Sequence record: MK962758
Length of the DNA stretch: 64,000 bases
DNA from: Shigella phage JK55
Strand: one strand, 5' to 3'
The notes below the pieces were generated by a model. The model had not been told where the DNA came from. It ran no database searches and worked only from the letters and a program-made list of their open reading frames with translations. Position numbers and translations under genes: made by a program. Position 1 is the stretch's first letter. Each line of letters starts with the position of its first letter. Below are positions 60,666 to 64,000 of the stretch, piece by piece.

Positions 60666-60856
60666 TACTCAATGTCAATAAGTTCTTGTGCAATGCTTTT
60701 CAGATTACCTTTCAAGAAAACCTTCTCAGAACCTGAAAGAGATGAATTGTCAATTAACCTGTTCATTCTCTCAAACAACTTCTGCTTACGGTTCTTGATA
60801 GTTTCCTTTGAAGCGCCTTTCATCATCGCTGCATGGGTTCTTCCACGATGGCTCAT
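60647..60856 (-). CDS. hypothetical small basic protein
   Basis: ORF 69 aa. Confidence 0.4.
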   Translation of the reverse strand: MSHRGRTHAAMMKGASKETIKNRKQKLFERMNRLIDNSSLSGSEKVFLKGNLKSIAQELIDIEYWRHQK

Positions 60857-60907
60857 AAGTCCTCCTATACAAGATATTGTATAAGGTACTCTTCCCTGAG
60901 CACCTTG

Positions 60908-61459
60908 TCAAGATAGTTTTGCAAACTCTCCGTGGAGTTTAATAGCAGCTTCACAGTAAGCTTTATGGGCTTCTTCTGGTGTGTCAAACATACCAAGATG
61001 ATAGTTTTTACCTTGTAAACGTATCATTGCTCGAAACCTTTTACTTATCTTCTGTACACCTTTTGGCAACCCAGATGGGGACTCTCTTGACCGATTGCAA
61101 GAGTTTTGTGAAGCTGTACAAACCCTTAAATTCAAGTACCTATTGTCCCAACCGTCCCCATTCTTATGGTCAACCTGTAAGGTTTTATCAGGTAGATATC
61201 CATCCATATACAAGATAACTAAACGATTTGCTTGGTAACCCCTTCCATCAATCAGCAACTGAACTGACTTGTGTCCATCAGTATTTGTTCTGTAGTTTCC
61301 AGCCCTCTTACCTCCAAATCTAGAGTTAAAGTTTGCATTACCTTCTCTAAACTTCCAAGTAAAGACCCCTGTTTCGGGGTCGTAGTCCAATAGCTCCTTA
61401 AGACGAATTTCTGTAATCATTTCAACACCATCAATGCACTTCCAACCAGCTCTTACCAA
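60908..61459 (-). CDS. HNH homing endonuclease with AP2-type DNA-binding domain
   Basis: HNH core QVDHKNGDGWDNRYLNLRVCT and C-terminal KGV...FRAMI..QGKNYHLGMF.TPEEA..AY..A...LHGEFA (AP2-like); sits at the 3' end of the DNA polymerase gene, overlapping its stop. Confidence 0.7.
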   Translation of the reverse strand: MVRAGWKCIDGVEMITEIRLKELLDYDPETGVFTWKFREGNANFNSRFGGKRAGNYRTNTDGHKSVQLLIDGRGYQANRLVILYMDGYLPDKTLQVDHKNGDGWDNRYLNLRVCTASQNSCNRSRESPSGLPKGVQKISKRFRAMIRLQGKNYHLGMFDTPEEAHKAYCEAAIKLHGEFAKLS

Positions 61460-64000
61460 CCTTACCTGTGCCAGTTACAAGCGTCTCACTCTTCAAACCT
61501 AAATTCTTAGATGCCTGACCATACATCCAGTCAGTTATGGCTTTAACTTCTTGAGTCATACTTTCTGGGCACTCCCAACTGTTTTCATCGTGGTATGCCA
61601 GCAAAAGCCTAGCACCAATTGCTGGTTTTCGTCCATTTAATTTTGTCAACCCTTCTTCACATGCTCTTCTACAAGCAAGGTTAATTGCCTCATTTTGAAT
61701 CTGAGCCTCTGAACCCATCAAAAGATAGTTCAATAATTTGTGTGGAGATTTACACCACAACCAAGCTCCTGCAACCTTTACAAAACCTCCTTTAGAGATT
61801 GCAGCAGTCTTACCAAACACCTCTTCAAGTGCCTTTTTAGTTGCTTTGTAGTCAGCTTCCAAGTCATCTAGCAGCTTCTTAATTTTAGGCAAACGAATAA
61901 AGTAAGTCTGTTTAGTTAGTGCGCCTTCCTGAGTAGTTGCAGCTTTAATCGTCTTAGCAAACTTCTCATCACCTGCACCGAACAGCAGTGCATAGATACC
62001 ATTCTTAGCTTTCTTACGACCCTTACTAATCTCATGGAGAAGGTTCTCATCCTGAGTAGCACGACAAGTCAAGATGTCCTGCTCATCATTCAAGCTAAAG
62101 TAAATACTATTCAGTGTATGCGCATCAGTCCCTGAATAGACAACATACAGGTCATTCTCAGAGTCATAACGAAGGTACTTATCAATCTCTGGGTTGAGGT
62201 ACTCATCAAAGTGTTTGCAGTAATAGCGTCCATCTTCTTGACGAATAAACTCAATCTCTTCTTTACCTTGCGTTACCGCTTTGGTGAAGTCTTTGTCACC
62301 CATAAAGTTACAAAGGAGAACTAGCTGGGCTGAGTTCATGTCTACAGAGACAACGTTAGTACCTTCTTCACAAATCCACACTGCCCTCATTGGTTCCCCA
62401 TAGACAGCAGCACCAGACGGTACGTTTACAATACCATATTGTGTCATACGTCCAGTTGAAGTGCCAAATACCATTGCACCAGCACTAAGGCGACCATCAG
62501 GACGAATCTGGTTCAACCAACCTTTTTCATCATCTTTTGAGTTCTCAATAGTTCTGCGTCGGTGCATTAAAGTATAGTACTTAGCAATCTTCTGTCCAAG
62601 CTCACCTTCAATCGTATCATAAGATGATTCAGTAAGTTTTGGTGAAGTACGGATTAAGCAAGGCTCAAGCAAATCTGTGTACTTCTTCACAGACCAGTTA
62701 TGCTCAATGTACTGTACACCTTCGTGCTCAACATAGCTCAAACCACACCGCTCAACCATTTCCTGCCACTTAGGATGTTTTGTAATCATCTTTTTATTGT
62801 CTTTGAAACGACAAACTTTGACAGGGCGACCGTCTGAGTCTTTCTTGTAGTTCCAGTCATCTGGAATCCAACCAACTGATTTCAAGTAGTCTTTAACAAC
62901 TGCTACCTGAGTCATACGAGAAACTTCAAACTCAATTGGTGTATATGGTGCATCAATCAAACCTGTGTAGCGACTTGACTCAAGTTCAAAGTGGTTAACA
63001 ACGTGGCTGTTATAGTACTTCACAGTTTTGACTGTTTTTACTGGCTTCCAGTCTTTGCATTTCTTACCAATCTTTGCATTCAACTCATTGCAAATTGCAC
63101 GAGCATCCTTCATTGCTACAAAACCTTCCTTGTACTCTTCACCAGTTACAGAGTTGGTTGGTGTATAGCAATTCCTTTTTTCAATGTTAAAAATCTTTGT
63201 AGTTGGCTTACCAAATGGTTTGATTTCATAAGTCTGCATCTCACCATTACGTACCTGCTGACGATACTTTGTCTTAGGGTACTTGGTAATTCTTTTCAGT
63301 CCATCTGCATGACCAAATGTTTCAACATACTCATTCCAAGCTTTTGCAAACTCTTCTCCAGTGACTTTACCTTTGGTCTTAATAGTTGGAGGTAGATGTG
63401 GTTCAACCTCTGAAGCAAGCTCATTAGTCAACTTGTCAAGCTCCTTTACATGGAACTCCATAAGCTCTTTATCAGCTTTCCAACCATTGATAGCTTGTTG
63501 ACTCATCCAGAAAGATGTTTCTTTAGCTCGCATGTAAGTTTCATAAGTGTCTATACCACACTTCTTAAGCTTGAGATACTCGTTATCAAGTGCCCGTTTA
63601 GTTTTGGCATTAATACGGATATCTTCTACAACACGAGTGAAGATTTCTGCATTCCACACACCCCAATGTTCAATCTCTGGTTTACGGACACCAACACGAG
63701 CACCCCATGCAGCCAAACCATGAGCACCTTTATAGCCCTTTGGAGTTGGTCTATCCATCCACTGAACACGGGACTGGATAAGAGAATCCTGAAAGAAATT
63801 ACTCCACGGTTTACACTTTGGATTATCAAAGTTCCATAAATCAGGTGCAATGTGATTAAAAACCCACCAGTCATAACCGAGACCATTATGGATGCAAAGA
63901 CGTTTTGCCTTTAACGCAAATTCAACACCTTCACGTAAACCACCTTTGATGTACTTAGTGTACTTGTGACCGAGGATAGGCTCATCTGTAAAGACCCATA
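61431..64000 (-). CDS. DNA polymerase, family A (T7-like), 5' end beyond window
   Basis: Motif A VDMNSAQLVLLCNFM, motif B RKKAKNGIYALLFGAG, motif C LAYHDE; reading frame stays open upstream of the track ATG (63758) to the window edge and includes an exonuclease-like HNGLGYD segment. Confidence 0.75.
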   Translation of the reverse strand, partial: WVFTDEPILGHKYTKYIKGGLREGVEFALKAKRLCIHNGLGYDWWVFNHIAPDLWNFDNPKCKPWSNFFQDSLIQSRVQWMDRPTPKGYKGAHGLAAWGARVGVRKPEIEHWGVWNAEIFTRVVEDIRINAKTKRALDNEYLKLKKCGIDTYETYMRAKETSFWMSQQAINGWKADKELMEFHVKELDKLTNELASEVEPHLPPTIKTKGKVTGEEFAKAWNEYVETFGHADGLKRITKYPKTKYRQQVRNGEMQTYEIKPFGKPTTKIFNIEKRNCYTPTNSVTGEEYKEGFVAMKDARAICNELNAKIGKKCKDWKPVKTVKTVKYYNSHVVNHFELESSRYTGLIDAPYTPIEFEVSRMTQVAVVKDYLKSVGWIPDDWNYKKDSDGRPVKVCRFKDNKKMITKHPKWQEMVERCGLSYVEHEGVQYIEHNWSVKKYTDLLEPCLIRTSPKLTESSYDTIEGELGQKIAKYYTLMHRRRTIENSKDDEKGWLNQIRPDGRLSAGAMVFGTSTGRMTQYGIVNVPSGAAVYGEPMRAVWICEEGTNVVSVDMNSAQLVLLCNFMGDKDFTKAVTQGKEEIEFIRQEDGRYYCKHFDEYLNPEIDKYLRYDSENDLYVVYSGTDAHTLNSIYFSLNDEQDILTCRATQDENLLHEISKGRKKAKNGIYALLFGAGDEKFAKTIKAATTQEGALTKQTYFIRLPKIKKLLDDLEADYKATKKALEEVFGKTAAISKGGFVKVAGAWLWCKSPHKLLNYLLMGSEAQIQNEAINLACRRACEEGLTKLNGRKPAIGARLLLAYHDENSWECPESMTQEVKAITDWMYGQASKNLGLKSETLVTGTGKVGKSWLEVH

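Overview
This 64-kb window is an AT-rich segment of a large virulent tailed-phage genome with a mosaic layout; all calls are hand-read from the sequence and ORF track, with no database search or folding software run. Left to right: an rIIA/rIIB-like pair (rIIA apparently split by a frameshift), early genes including a secreted SLT-like transglycosylase, an overlapping spanin-like pair and a TARG1/DarG-like macro-domain protein; then 13 small plus-strand genes (8.2-13.9 kb), each behind one of two conserved promoter/hairpin/RBS cassettes. A 2.4-kb ORF-free region (13.86-16.26 kb) bounded by convergent terminators is packed with TGTTAAG-type iterons and contains an exact 662-bp tandem duplication. 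A minus-strand block (16.3-23.2 kb) carries a T4-lysozyme-like endolysin and an Ig-like-domain protein; a vWA/MIDAS protein follows on the plus strand. A cluster of about 26 tRNA genes (25.49-30.32 kb) contains four copies of a repeated structured element and embedded protein genes. The morphogenesis module (30.5-54.3 kb) runs terminase, portal, S49 protease-scaffold, decoration, major capsid, sheath and tube, chaperones with a TTTTTTC slippery site, tape measure, baseplate, and two tail fibers. The right end is a minus-strand nucleotide-metabolism/replication block: thymidylate synthase, DHFR, an HTH regulator, ATP-dependent DNA ligase, an HNH-AP2 homing endonuclease and a T7-like family A DNA polymerase that runs off the window. 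The strongest candidates for undescribed biology are the iteron-rich non-coding locus, the cassette-driven small-gene array, the repeated structured elements inside the tRNA cluster, and the macro-domain and vWA proteins.
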